A stretch of 63,897 bases of DNA, filler included, from Candidatus Methanoxibalbensis ujae (lineage in GTDB: Archaea > Halobacteriota > Syntropharchaeia > Alkanophagales > Methanospirareceae), in the NCBI GenBank assembly GCA_026134085.1. It is 4 parts of 4 records of this genome, joined end to end, with 100 filler letters (N's around TTAATTAATTAA, not from the genome) between each part and the next. Parts side by side here need not be neighbours in the genome. Positions count along the whole stretch, not along the records: positions 1 to 21,823 come from JAOQIN010000004.1; positions 21,924 to 37,405 come from JAOQIN010000040.1; 2 more parts are not named here. One strand, given 5' to 3'. The notes under the pieces are model-generated. The model was not told the origin of the DNA and searched no databases. It worked only from the letters and a program-made list of their open reading frames with translations. This document shows positions 20,517 through 31,107 of this stretch, in pieces. The position numbers and the translations under genes are program-made. Positions within the stretch are counted from its first letter, which is position 1; each line of letters opens with the position of its first letter.

Positions 20517-21110
20517 ATGAGGATGATCACATTTGAGGAGCGTAAGAAGAGAGCGTTGAAGCGCCTTGCGGAGACAGGTGCGGATGCGGACATCATTGAA
20601 ATCCTGGAGCGAATAAACAGCATTGAAAAATTCTTCACAACGAGCAGCTGCTCTGGCAGGATTGTGCTGCTTAAAATTCCGCATGCAGGCTCAAAACGGG
20701 AAGCGAAGTTCATCGCAAAATGGCATCGCCCCGTCTCCGCTGCGGAAGTTCTTCATGCAATTGATGACTCAATGCGGGTGGAGGGATGCACAGGTGAATG
20801 TGAAGAGATCTGGCTGATCGAGCAACCGCCAATCATACATGTTGCATGCAGAGATATGCGTTCGGCTGAAGAGATGCTGAAAATTGCATACGCTTCAGGT
20901 TTCAAATACAGCAATTTGAAATCTTTAAAGCATTTCATCGTTGAAATTTTAAGCACAGAACGGATGGATGTTCCCCTCTGTGAGTGTGGGAGGATGCTTT
21001 GCACTTCTGAATATGTGGAGTTTGTGGTTTTAAGGGCGAATTTCCTGCTGAATCGTGCAAAGAAAAAATTGAAAAGACTGCTTGAAAACTTGTGGACTGG
21101 TATTTTATGA
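20517..21110 (+). CDS. taw3: tRNA wyosine-derivative methyltransferase Taw3 (TYW3)
   Basis: FTTSSCSGRI, KWH, PPIIHVAC, GFKYS, STERMDVP. Confidence 0.9.
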   Translation: MRMITFEERKKRALKRLAETGADADIIEILERINSIEKFFTTSSCSGRIVLLKIPHAGSKREAKFIAKWHRPVSAAEVLHAIDDSMRVEGCTGECEEIWLIEQPPIIHVACRDMRSAEEMLKIAYASGFKYSNLKSLKHFIVEILSTERMDVPLCECGRMLCTSEYVEFVVLRANFLLNRAKKKLKRLLENLWTGIL

Positions 21111-21224
21111 TTTTGTCTTTTTCTTTCTCCTCTCCCACTCAGATACTCCGAGAAGGAGATGAGAGAAAGAATGACAGTCTTCCCGCAGAGCCTCCATTAT
21201 GGCATCCGACGGATGGGGTTGGGG

Positions 21225-21782
21225 AGTTTGTTCTCGGCTCCGTTCTCATCTTAATGGTAGTCACAATTCTTGAGATGAGGACTCCCTGAGAATGCAGTTT
21301 TCATTGAGCCACAGCAAAAGCATGATGTGTTGTATGAACTTCTCTATGATTACTCTCTCAAAGCTTTATGATATATTCATTAAGTTTATGGGATTTTGAC
21401 CTTTCTGTCTTTCTTCCCTTATTGTTGTTGTTTCTGACGCCTTTCAAGTCACCTATCGCTATTATTGCGTCTGCTTCTCCGCTTCTTCAACAATTTCGCT
21501 ATCCTATTTCTTTCGCTATCTTGTTTCATCATTCACTATCCTTCTCTCCTCTATGATTGAAGGGTATTCCTTCTTCAGCTCAACATCCTTCCTGACCGTG
21601 AAGGTTAGTGTTTCTTCTCTGTCAAGTCCTCATTGGAACGCATCTTCTTCGCCTTCCTGTCCTCTTCGCATCTTGTGAATATACACCTCTATCCTCTCCT
21701 GTTTTCAATGCTGGAGGTTATCTCCTGAGAAACTATTCCGCAGAGTCAGACATATGCACCTGACTGTCCTCGTCACTTCCAT
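21225..21782 (-). mobile_element. tnpB: Heavily deleted IS200/IS605-family TnpB pseudogene
   Basis: Fragments in shifting frames: MEVTRTVRC..., FTVRKDVELKKEYPSII, ERRIVNDE, DAIIAIGDLKGVR (RuvC-II region), DENGAEN (RuvC-III-like). Confidence 0.7.
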
Positions 21783-21823
21783 TTGACTTGACTCACCCAC
21801 ATCCCCTTCCGCTCATTTGAAAA

Positions 21824-21923
21824 NNNNNNNNNNNNNNNNNNNNNNNNNNNNNNNNNNNNNNNNNNNNTTAATTAATTAANNNNNNNNNNNNNNNNNNNNN
21901 NNNNNNNNNNNNNNNNNNNNNNN
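21824..21923. other. Artificial contig linker (44 N + TTAATTAATTAA + 44 N)
   Basis: Same structure at three places; stops in all six frames. Confidence 0.98.
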
Positions 21924-22200
21924 AGTAAAACCGACCATCTCTTCTGACCAACTGAAAAGCACCGATTTTATACTTTCCGTTCAAAGCATCTTCAAGCAAT
22001 CCTTTTTGAATTTCCCTTCAATAGGAATAGCGATCCTCTTATCTCCATTAACCTTTATCTTAAAGAAGTCAAATTCTTTACCATGTTCAAATATGCTCAC
22101 GACACGAGGATAATTGAGCCTTACCGTAAATTCCTCAACTCATGGCAAAGATGCCTTTCTTCCTTCTCCGACCAATTGAGCATATGAGTTGTAGTCCCCC
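21924..22200 (-). mobile_element. Second TnpB-like fragment (N-terminal/WED region), degraded
   Basis: YNSY...GRKASLP*VEEFTVRLNYPRVV...RIAIPI...LNGKYKIGAFQLVRRDGRFY with a stop and a frameshift. Confidence 0.55.
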
Positions 22201-22224
22201 AACAAAACTAAATCCACGATGGGA

Positions 22225-22760
22225 TAAACTTTTCGATCCACGACTTAGCAAATGATAAGCTCTCTGTTTATAGAATGTCCGATTGTTTTCCTCAGAGCTT
22301 CTACATTTTCCACGAAAACAATCGAGATGGCCCTTTTTATGCTCTTCCATTCGATCGGGTTGAGGTCAGGCGAGTATGGTGGAAGCAAGATACATCCCGA
22401 GCTGCTCACCCTCTTTTTTCACCCTGTTCGATACAGCTGAAGTTATCGAGTACCACGATAATCGCATTGTAATCATTATTAACCGCCCGTATCGCCCTCA
22501 AAAACTCATTGAAGCTCTCTATCTTTGTGTTCTCAGGAAAACTTATAACTCCCTCTCCCACAATTGGATAAAGACCCATTAGCTTTCATTCTCGTGGTGT
22601 TTTTTATGGTTTATCGAAACTCCAAACCCTCACCGTGTTAGCGGTACTCTGGGGAGAACTCTCGTCTATGAATCCGATTGCTATTTCCTCCCTCTTGTAT
22701 CCTGCGAATACGGCTTTGATAGTCTCATCCCCAACTTATCCCTCAGAAGTATTGGAATTG
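22225..22760 (-). mobile_element. IS630-family transposase pseudogene
   Basis: LRDKLGMRLSKPY, IGFIDESSPQSTANTVRVWSF, VVLDNF, LPPYSPDLNPIE motifs in broken frames. Confidence 0.85.
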
Positions 22761-23062
22761 CAACATCCATTGCGTCCTCATCTGGAGCCTGTGCCGGGAT
22801 ATAGTCGTTAAGAGCTCCAATTTCCTTTTCGTTCAGGTACACTTTATCCAAAAATTCTTCTGTTGGACCAGGAACAACGCTTTTGGCTCTCAATTTGAGT
22901 TCTGCACTTGTTATATTTGCCAGAGGGTTCACCTGGTGTTAATTCCTCTTTATAATCGTCTCCTAGATGATGATGCGCAGTGTCTATAACCATTGCCGTG
23001 GCAGAAGCAAGTGGAATAGCCGCAAATAATAATGTTGCAATACATAACAAATTCTTCATCAT
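22761..23062 (-). pseudogene. Truncated paralog of the adjacent HHHLGDD secreted protein, frameshifted and cut by IS630
   Basis: Signal peptide plus HHHLGDDYKEELTPGEP, then KSVVP...FLDKVYLNEKEIGALN in another frame, matching 23059-24237. Confidence 0.75.
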
Positions 23063-24237
23063 AACTCACCTCCACCTTCTACATTTGATTTCCGTTTGCT
23101 CAACAAAATAATTGGAACTGCAACTATAATAAAAGCTATACCTGCTGACAGTGGTAATGACCTCTCCTCTATTACATCTATCAGCCACATATTCAATACA
23201 CAGGCAGTAACCATTCCCGAGACAAAACCAATCACAGTTAATTTTCTATTTTTAGTGAATGCATACACCACGATTGCAATGATAAGTCCTGTAATAGAAG
23301 AGGGTAAAATAAAGAAAATAAAAAATATAAAAAGGAAAAAACCAAACATGGATGTCTTCAAATCAAGCGTAACATTTGAATTATTAATTACAACAGTCTT
23401 AATATCAAATTCTGGACAAAACTCTTTAACTGCTTTGACATCGTAAACGCCATTTGGAAGTTTTAGGAAATACGAACCGTTATTATCGGTCAGACATGAG
23501 CTTACACGTTCGTCGGTCCCATGACGATAAACGCAGATGTATGCATACGTTGCAGGTTCGTTATCAATTTCAACTCTTCCCGAGAGAACCCAACCTGTTT
23601 TTCGTATTCCTTTGAGTTCAAGGTTGAAGAACTCGAAATCGTCATAATTGCTGCCGTCCCTGTTGCTGCCCGAGGTTATTTTAATCGTGTTATCGCCAAT
23701 CCTTAGCGGATTTGGGTCAAGCAAAGTCCAAAACTTGCTTGATTCAAGCTCTGGAATAACATGAAGATTGAGTATGCCAACTTCTACATCGTTTATGTAA
23801 ATTTTATCCAGATATTCCGTAGAATCATTGATTTCATGCGGGGCAACAGGAACAACAGACTTTATCATCAAACTGAGTTTTGGAGAGTTAAATTCAGAAT
23901 CCAAAAAGAAAGTTTTTGTATATACTAACCCTTCAGGCTCTTTTGGAATCAAGTTCTCCTTAAAATCGTCTCCTAAATGGTGATGTGAATGGTCTGCTAT
24001 AATATATTCGGTTGCAGAGGCCTGCGGTGCTATAAGTTGCGGCGTTAGCAGTGGACCTTGTTCTATCACGGGTTGTGCGATAACAACCGTCTGAAATATG
24101 CTTAAAACTGCTAAACCGAGCAAAATATATGCGATTTTATTTTTCATTTTCGTATCCTTTTTATTTTGCTTTTTGCTGGCTTCCCCTATTTTATAGTATT
24201 TGTATAGCTGAATAGCTAAAAAGGTTTTCTTTTGCAA
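23059..24237 (-). CDS. Secreted/membrane-anchored hypothetical protein (HHHLGDD domain + carboxypeptidase-regulatory-like domain + 3 TM)
   Basis: Signal peptide from the likely start MKNKIAY, SGRV...TDNNGSY...LPNGVYDV prealbumin-like fold, C-terminal TMs; AT-rich. Confidence 0.7.
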   Translation of the reverse strand: MQKKTFLAIQLYKYYKIGEASKKQNKKDTKMKNKIAYILLGLAVLSIFQTVVIAQPVIEQGPLLTPQLIAPQASATEYIIADHSHHHLGDDFKENLIPKEPEGLVYTKTFFLDSEFNSPKLSLMIKSVVPVAPHEINDSTEYLDKIYINDVEVGILNLHVIPELESSKFWTLLDPNPLRIGDNTIKITSGSNRDGSNYDDFEFFNLELKGIRKTGWVLSGRVEIDNEPATYAYICVYRHGTDERVSSCLTDNNGSYFLKLPNGVYDVKAVKEFCPEFDIKTVVINNSNVTLDLKTSMFGFFLFIFFIFFILPSSITGLIIAIVVYAFTKNRKLTVIGFVSGMVTACVLNMWLIDVIEERSLPLSAGIAFIIVAVPIILLSKRKSNVEGGGEL

Positions 24238-24327
24238 AAGATAAAAGAATTTATGCTTATCTCAAGCAGAGCTCGGACATCAGGTGAGAAGCGAAATCCT
24301 TGATTCTCCGCAGAAGGAGGCTGAGTT

Positions 24328-24460
24328 TCAAGTCAGATATACGAGCAGGTTCACACCGAATCTGCGCTTCTGAGGGCATCCTTCGTGCTTCGCTGTGAAC
24401 TCATGCCCGCAGTCATGGCACTGGTATTTGTGCCGGAGACGGAGTATGCGGATTCTCATG
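24328..24460 (-). mobile_element. IS66-family transposase fragment (zinc finger)
   Basis: RHKYQCHDCGHEFTAKHEGCPQKRRFGVNLLVYL resembles the IS66 TnpC Zn-finger segment. Confidence 0.6.
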
Positions 24461-24843
24461 GCAAGTTTCGCTTCTTCAACTGTAAGCGTTAACGGGTAGC
24501 TATCTTCCCTTCCCACTTATTGCAGGAATATCGCCGGGAATAAAATAAGGGAGGGCTATACAAATACACTTTATATAAACGTATGCAGGTATCACACCCA
24601 TCCAGGTTGATGCAACCAAAGACTGTATAAAACTCACTATTTCCTCAACTGCTGAAATGAACAAATGCAATGGAAGCGTGAAAACACCCACCAGTAAAAT
24701 AATGCTGAATCTCGCACAAAATAGATGTAATCATAGATATGTCCACCATACGCCATCCTATAACCAAAAAGTATCTTGCCCTCCGGGGTATATGCAGAAC
24801 ATCCAACAACGGGCAATTCTAAGAATGAGCGCCAGGCAGTTTA

Positions 24844-25887
24844 TTATTTTTTCAGATGTGCCTCCCTCTTCTTCTTCAGTTTCACCATCTTCTGAACTAC
24901 TTTAAGCATTACATCTCCGAACTCAGCGTAATTGTTCTGCTTTATATATCTGATAATGTCCTTCACGATAGCACTTCTCACTATCACTGTTGAAAATCCC
25001 GGTGCACTTCCCACGCTTCCCACGCTCGCATCTGCATCAACCGCGGTGAAATCAGTGCACACATGGCAGCCACTCGGGATTATTTCCTCAAGATCTTTCA
25101 CGGGAAATGACACCTCGCCGTCAGTCATTGTTGCGATGAACTGCCCCTTAGTTATGTCTGTTTTTATGAGTTTTTCAAAGGAAACACCTTTTTTGGACAG
25201 AAATTCATGCAATTCATGCCAGTGGAAGTTTTCAGTGCAGAACAATCCGATTGACAGCTTCACCTTCCTGAAAACAGGGTATTGCTCACGCAGGTTACGC
25301 ACGCCTGACACCATGCACGGTGTTCCAACAACGCCCACTCCCTTTTCCGACATGAGCACAGCATCTCTCAGTTCAGAGAGAGCATTTGAGTAGCAGTATT
25401 TTGTTCCTGAAAGCGTTTTGAGGGATAACTGCTCCGTGTCGCGCAGGTGGAAGTTTGTTGTCCGCCACTCCTCGTCCCTGCCCACGAATATTGCGCGATC
25501 TATGATATCCATCTCTATTGCGGATGCTATGATCTCAGTGACCATTGCGCCATCCTGTCCCTTGAAACGCTTTGAGCGTGCTGCTATGATGTCTATGTAA
25601 TCACCAACTCCGCTCTTGGGCACATATTCAAAACGGGGGCAGACACGCACGCATGCACCACAATCAAGGCACTTCTCCTCCCAGTTTTCGAAGACAACGC
25701 CGTCTATTGCTGTTATGCCCTCGGGAGCGGGGCATACGGCTGCACATGTAAGGCAGCGGCTGCATATGCCTGTGTCTATCACCCTGGACTTCAGGTTTCC
25801 GAAATATTTGACATCAAGTGGCTTTTCAGGCAGCTTCACACGCCACTCGCTCAGAACATTTGCAGCATGACGAGATCGCCACATCAA
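24844..25887 (-). CDS. fqoF: F420H2:quinone oxidoreductase subunit F (FrhB family)
   Basis: Two CxxCxxCxxxCP clusters, QDGAMVT, GTKY, VGTPC, IGLFCTENF, CHVCTDF, SVGSVGS. Confidence 0.92.
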   Translation of the reverse strand: MMWRSRHAANVLSEWRVKLPEKPLDVKYFGNLKSRVIDTGICSRCLTCAAVCPAPEGITAIDGVVFENWEEKCLDCGACVRVCPRFEYVPKSGVGDYIDIIAARSKRFKGQDGAMVTEIIASAIEMDIIDRAIFVGRDEEWRTTNFHLRDTEQLSLKTLSGTKYCYSNALSELRDAVLMSEKGVGVVGTPCMVSGVRNLREQYPVFRKVKLSIGLFCTENFHWHELHEFLSKKGVSFEKLIKTDITKGQFIATMTDGEVSFPVKDLEEIIPSGCHVCTDFTAVDADASVGSVGSAPGFSTVIVRSAIVKDIIRYIKQNNYAEFGDVMLKVVQKMVKLKKKREAHLKK

Positions 25888-25940
25888 TGTTCACCTCCTC
25901 AGCCCGCACAACCGCCTCACCATACCATCGCACATAAAGC

Positions 25941-26681
25941 TCACCTCACACGGACGAGTATCAGGATCTGCATCGCACACTCCTTCACGCAAAGACCGCA
26001 GCCGCTGCACTTCTTCTCGTCTATACGCATTTCGCGAACGCCATTCACAACGACAGAGGATATCGCGCCGCTCTCGCACACATGCTCACATATCCTGCAT
26101 CCCAGACAGCTTTCAGGATCGGCGCAGCGCGCCACAAACCTGACATCAGGAGGTGGCGGAATTTCCACGAAAAATCTGTCCTCTCCCTTCTCACGCTTTA
26201 TCACGGCATCATCCTCATTCAGAACATAATCCACATACCGCTCATCCTCACGGTGCACATCCGGATTTTCCACAAGCTCCTCAGTATCAGCAAGCATCTC
26301 ATCCATGTCCCTGTATGCGACATCGTGTATCTTCGTCGCTCTCAACGCACCTCTGCTGCATGAATCAACGCAGAAATGACAGAATATGCATTTTGCATAA
26401 TCAATTGTAGGATAATATCTGTTGTCAGACGCTTTTTTCATGCGTATCGCATTCGCCGGACATATAAACGCACATTGCCAGCAGTTTATGCAATTTTCTG
26501 GAGTGAACAATATGTAACCTCTGAAACAATCAGGCATGTGCTTTCGCTCTTTTGGATAATGAATGGTGAATGTGAGCGGCGTAACCGCTTCCCTCGCACC
26601 TGTCATGAGTGCAATCACATGCCTCCGTGCTTTCTCAATCGCATCATATTCCGGAATCGCAATTTTCTTCACATCCCTCAT
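25941..26681 (-). CDS. fqoI: Fqo subunit I (NuoI-like, four 4Fe-4S motifs)
   Basis: TIHYP, FRG, four CxxCxxCxxxC motifs. Confidence 0.9.
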   Translation of the reverse strand: MRDVKKIAIPEYDAIEKARRHVIALMTGAREAVTPLTFTIHYPKERKHMPDCFRGYILFTPENCINCWQCAFICPANAIRMKKASDNRYYPTIDYAKCIFCHFCVDSCSRGALRATKIHDVAYRDMDEMLADTEELVENPDVHREDERYVDYVLNEDDAVIKREKGEDRFFVEIPPPPDVRFVARCADPESCLGCRICEHVCESGAISSVVVNGVREMRIDEKKCSGCGLCVKECAMQILILVRVR

Positions 26682-26950
26682 CCTGATTCACCTCTCTCAT
26701 GACCTCTTCAAACATCACAGATATGAACAGACCGGACATGAACAGGCAAGCACAACAGCACACACCGCCACGCCACCATCGGCCATCCCGCATCCTTTAT
26801 TCAAAAACAACATCCTGCCTCTCGCTTCTGCCACCCCGCCATCCCACCAACCATACATGCACATGTCTCATTTTCATTCTCATCCTCATTCTCATTCTCA
26901 TCCCCATCCTCATCCTCATCTCCTCATCATAACCTCATCATAATGCACGC

Positions 26951-28036
26951 TCACTGTCCCATTGCTGGAGGGATCACAGTTGAAACAACGACAGACAGTG
27001 CGAGCGCTGCTGTTGAGAGTGCCAGTGCAAATGTCCATCCTATCTTCATTGCCTGATCTATTCTGTATCTCGGATATATTGCGCGAAGCGAGAAAACCAC
27101 GATGATGACGATGAACGTCTTTATGAAGAACCAGATTGCGCCTGAGAGGTCACCGAGCATTTGTATCTGAGGACCTGCGCCTCCGCAGAGGAAGAGATCA
27201 GTCATCAATGCGGCGAGCACATATGCTTTTTCATATGCGATTGTCATCACGAGACCGAACATGATGCCCGAGTATTCAACCATTGGACCGAAAGCGACCT
27301 CCTGATCGGCCTCAGGTATCTCAAAGGGCATCCTTGATGTCGCCATAACCATTGTCACCGCAAATGCGAGGAACGCAAGCGGATTTAAGAGCGCTCCAGG
27401 GACACTCTGCATTTCAGCTATGTGAAGAGTGTTTCCCGTGCGATATATGATGAGCATCGCAACCACAGACAGGATGAAAGGTATTTCATATGCAAAATAC
27501 ATGAAAGCTTCTCTTATTGTTCCGATATATGCGAACCTGCTGTTCGCCGCCCATCCGAATCCTATTATGATGACAGATATGAGACTTATCAGCGCAACTG
27601 CTATCTGAACGCCGAAGTCCGTCTCTATCGCTATGAGAGGACCTGCGGATATGAAGAGGAGAGGAAGCAGCACAGGTATGAATGCAAGTATCGGGAACTG
27701 CAGATAATAAGGTCTGTGCGCATCCCTGTGCACTATGGTCTCCTGGAAGAAGTATCGCATGCCATCTGCAAGCGGTTGAATAAGACCTCCGAGATACCAG
27801 AACACCTCTCTCGGTCCAACTCGCCACTGAATTCGTGCACACAACTTACGCTCTATCCACACCATCAGCATGATAACAATCATCAGACCCGTGAATCCCG
27901 GCATGAATATGAGAGCGAGGAATGGCTTCCACAGAATCAGATCCACACCCGGAATGCCGCCAAGCATCTGCTCAATCACAGGTATGTTCGCCCTGTTCTC
28001 CAGAATCATGCGGAACAGATCTCCAAACGCAATCAT
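26951..28036 (-). CDS. fqoH: Fqo subunit H (NuoH-like)
   Basis: WIERK..ARIQWRVGP, QPLADG, RMPFEIPEADQEV..G.MVEYSG, PRYRIDQ. Confidence 0.93.
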   Translation of the reverse strand: MIAFGDLFRMILENRANIPVIEQMLGGIPGVDLILWKPFLALIFMPGFTGLMIVIMLMVWIERKLCARIQWRVGPREVFWYLGGLIQPLADGMRYFFQETIVHRDAHRPYYLQFPILAFIPVLLPLLFISAGPLIAIETDFGVQIAVALISLISVIIIGFGWAANSRFAYIGTIREAFMYFAYEIPFILSVVAMLIIYRTGNTLHIAEMQSVPGALLNPLAFLAFAVTMVMATSRMPFEIPEADQEVAFGPMVEYSGIMFGLVMTIAYEKAYVLAALMTDLFLCGGAGPQIQMLGDLSGAIWFFIKTFIVIIVVFSLRAIYPRYRIDQAMKIGWTFALALSTAALALSVVVSTVIPPAMGQ

Positions 28037-28189
28037 GGCCCCATCACCCTCACCTCACACAACACACCTTCACAGACCATCACAATGTGCACAACTCCAG
28101 CTCACCTCAACGCACAAGCATCCAACAGCATCTCTCCGCTCATCACGCGTTCCCTCGCATTCGCATTCGCAGCCACCCATCGCACGGCC

Positions 28190-30490
28190 TTATCTGTCAG
28201 CCTCCGGCGGGAAGTATCCGAAGCTGAGATAAACAGTCCAGAAATCGGCGAGTCTCTCTCCTTTAACGCTTTCCATGAATGCACGCAGATTCAGGAGACA
28301 TGGGGTCACGACCCTCACGCGATAGGGCATATTTGACTCGCCATCACTTATTATTGAATATATAAGGGAGCCCCGAGAGGCTTCTGTGATCGATGTGAAC
28401 TCTCCACGAGGCAGCACAATGTCTCCGAAAGCGCGGTAGAAGTATCCACGAATGTCATTTGCATACACATCGCTGCACTCACCCAGCACATCCTCGCTCA
28501 GTATTTCTCCTCGTATGTTCTTCAGCGCCGATACAGCCTGTCTTATTATGCGAATGCTCTGATTCATCTCCTCAACACGCACCAGAAATCTCGCGAGCGA
28601 ATCTCCCTCGTCGCTCACTGGCACTTCCCACTCAACTTCATCATAGGCCTCATACGGCTCTATCTTGCGGACATCATACTCAACACCTGATGCACGCAGG
28701 AAAGGGCCTGCCATCCCCCATTTTATGGCATCTTCCTTCGTTATGACACCAACACCTCTCAACCTCGCGAGCGTCACCGGATTTCGCACGAATATATCCA
28801 TGTAGCGCTCCCACCTCTTCCTCAGCGCGTATGTGAACCTGTTCACAGCATCAAGCACATCATCGGGCACATCTCTCCTGATACCTCCGGGAACAATGAA
28901 TGATGTTGTTATTCTCGCACCTGTTATCCTCGTGAGGATATCAACAAGCATCTCTCGTATGGCAAAACAATACATGAAACCTGTTGAATGACCGAGAAAC
29001 ATGGGCCCTATGGCCGCATCGTACAGGAAAGTGCCTATTCTGCTCAGCTCTGCGAGAATCATTCTTATGTATTTCGCCCGCTCGGGCACATGTATGCCGA
29101 GTGCCTGCTCTATTGCGCGCACATATCCCAGCGTTATGTTTGGGGAATCAACAATTGAACAGCGTTCAAAAAGAGGGATGCTCTGCACATAAAGCAGGTT
29201 CTCAGCAGTTTTTTCCATGCCACGATGGACATAGCCGGGATCAGGCAGCACATCCACAATTATATCGCCATGCACCCTCAATATCGTGCGCAGATGACCG
29301 CTCGCGGGATGATGCGGCCCCACATATACCACATATTCGTCTTTCTCGCGCGCATCCTCAAGAAATTCCTGTGGAACCGGCAGCGTCAAATCTGAGGGCG
29401 GCGGATTACGCACATCTTCATCCTTTTCAAGCACATATCTCGCCTCTTTAAGCTTGAAATCCTTCCTGAGCGGATATTCAGGCGAGTCCTTAGCGAGGAA
29501 AAATCTCCTGCCCATCCACGGATTACCCTCAAACATCACACCGAAAAACTCATGCATCTCCCTTTCCTGATAATCTGCGCTCTCCCAGACATCCTTCATG
29601 CTTGAAATCCATGCATCATCACGATCCACATCACAGAAAACACTCAAAAGCACGGGCTTCAAATCCTCAACAGAATAGCTTGAGACAATATACTCAACAA
29701 TGAACTTCTTCTCATGTGGAATATCCACCACATTGACGCTCTTCACATGGTCAAATCCAATCTCCTTCAGCTTCACAGCCACTTCCTTCATTTTGTCACG
29801 ATTTACCTTGACCGCAATGCGGTTCCTGCCCACAATCGCAGTCCTCACCAGAAGATCTCCGAGAGCCCTCTCAAGCACACTCACGAGTTCCCTGCCGAAC
29901 ACCCATTTTGCCTCAGAATGCATGTCTATGCGGATTGTCGGTGTGAGCGCGCATCTCTTGGGAGACGTCGGTATGAGACGCTCCTCAATCACTTCTCTCC
30001 CTATATCAACATGTTTGAAGCGTATCGTAGTCCTGTCAATGCCCTCTATCTTGTCCTGAACAGCCCTGCATCCTCTGAGAAGTGCCTCAGGCGTCGGCGG
30101 ACATCCGGGCACAAAATAATCAACTGGAACAACATCAGAAGGTCGCACAATGTTGTATCCGTTCCAGAAAAGACCTCCTCTCTCTCCACAGGCACCGAGC
30201 ACAATCACAAACTTTGGCTCAGGCATCTGCTCCCACACCAAACGGAGAGCGCAAGCCATCTTTCGCGTGATCGCCCCCTCCACAATTATGAAGTTTGTCT
30301 GCCGCGAGATGCCATAATTCAGGACACCCCATCTCTCACCATCATATCCACAGGCAAACGCATGCGCAAGCTCAACCCCGCAGCACGCCGTGACAAAATG
30401 AGCAGGCCACAAACTCCACCGAGTGCCCCACTTCTTTATCGGTGCAAGAACTCCCGAATTCAAAAATTCAACGCTCTCATCTGACATCAC
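28190..30490 (-). CDS. fqoBCD: Fused Fqo subunits B-C-D
   Basis: TACCGVE, GAC, PGCPP (B); EREMHEFFG, PLRKDF (C); GPHHP, GYVHRGMEK, EASRG, EADR (D). Confidence 0.93.
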   Translation of the reverse strand: MMSDESVEFLNSGVLAPIKKWGTRWSLWPAHFVTACCGVELAHAFACGYDGERWGVLNYGISRQTNFIIVEGAITRKMACALRLVWEQMPEPKFVIVLGACGERGGLFWNGYNIVRPSDVVPVDYFVPGCPPTPEALLRGCRAVQDKIEGIDRTTIRFKHVDIGREVIEERLIPTSPKRCALTPTIRIDMHSEAKWVFGRELVSVLERALGDLLVRTAIVGRNRIAVKVNRDKMKEVAVKLKEIGFDHVKSVNVVDIPHEKKFIVEYIVSSYSVEDLKPVLLSVFCDVDRDDAWISSMKDVWESADYQEREMHEFFGVMFEGNPWMGRRFFLAKDSPEYPLRKDFKLKEARYVLEKDEDVRNPPPSDLTLPVPQEFLEDAREKDEYVVYVGPHHPASGHLRTILRVHGDIIVDVLPDPGYVHRGMEKTAENLLYVQSIPLFERCSIVDSPNITLGYVRAIEQALGIHVPERAKYIRMILAELSRIGTFLYDAAIGPMFLGHSTGFMYCFAIREMLVDILTRITGARITTSFIVPGGIRRDVPDDVLDAVNRFTYALRKRWERYMDIFVRNPVTLARLRGVGVITKEDAIKWGMAGPFLRASGVEYDVRKIEPYEAYDEVEWEVPVSDEGDSLARFLVRVEEMNQSIRIIRQAVSALKNIRGEILSEDVLGECSDVYANDIRGYFYRAFGDIVLPRGEFTSITEASRGSLIYSIISDGESNMPYRVRVVTPCLLNLRAFMESVKGERLADFWTVYLSFGYFPPEADR

Positions 30491-30679
30491 ACAGTCACCC
30501 CCTCATTTTCGCCGCATCCATTATCACCCGCACTATCATTCATCGCTCGCACATCCAACTCACAACCCCACTCGCTCATACAACACACTCATACCTCATA
30601 CACGCACACGCACCATGCATGCACACACTCTCCGCTTCACTTCACACTCCACGGGCCGTAAGCTGCACCTCGCATTTTC

Positions 30680-30725
30680 TTCATCATCTGCTCGCATTCA
30701 TCATCTGCTCGCATTCATCATCTGC
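30680..30725 (+). repeat. 17-nt tandem repeat TTCATCATCTGCTCGCA, two full copies plus a partial
   Basis: Visible at the fqoA 3' end. Confidence 0.85.
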
Positions 30726-31107
30726 GAAGCCTCTCACGAACACTCTCCCGCAAGGAAGACTCAATTTCCAGTGCACCCCGGTATCCCACATACACCGCTG
30801 GCAGAACAAGAACAAGAGAGAGCAGCAGATACAACAGGAAATTGTGACACGATATAAAGAGCAGATAGAGTATGATAACAGGCTCCACAGCCATGAAAAG
30901 GAACATAAAACCGAAATATGGCATCGGTAGCACATACTTATAATCAGGCATCGGCACATTTCCCGCTTCCCAGCGCGACTTTTTCACCTCAGTAAGGTTG
31001 TATTTTGGAAGTATCTTCACAATCAGAAGCATGACACCGTCAATAATCAGACATATAAGCACCAGTAACAAAATTATCAGCGCGTTTCCAAGGTACTCAA
31101 CTGCCAT
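30718..31107 (-). CDS. fqoA: Fqo subunit A (NuoA-like)
   Basis: KKSRWEAGN, YFGFMFLFMAVE, 3 TM. Confidence 0.88.
   Translation of the reverse strand: MAVEYLGNALIILLLVLICLIIDGVMLLIVKILPKYNLTEVKKSRWEAGNVPMPDYKYVLPMPYFGFMFLFMAVEPVIILYLLFISCHNFLLYLLLSLVLVLPAVYVGYRGALEIESSLRESVRERLRR

Noticed and set aside
21824..21923. Palindromic TTAATTAATTAA within N runs (also at 37406 and 51907)
   Set aside because: Artificial six-frame-stop contig linker; adjacency across these points (for example PGF-CTERM next to PEF-CTERM) is not evidence of linkage.
21225..22200. TnpB pieces on both sides of the first gap as one element
   Set aside because: The left piece has its own N-terminus at 21782, so the right piece is a separate copy on another contig.
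27422..28336. Long antisense ORFs (also 29714-30484, 53253-54077, 56052-56660)
   Set aside because: Shadow frames opposite well-supported genes, with no recognisable motifs.
28190..30490. Group 4 [NiFe]-hydrogenase large subunit
   Set aside because: The D module lacks both Ni-binding CxxC motifs, and FqoF is present.
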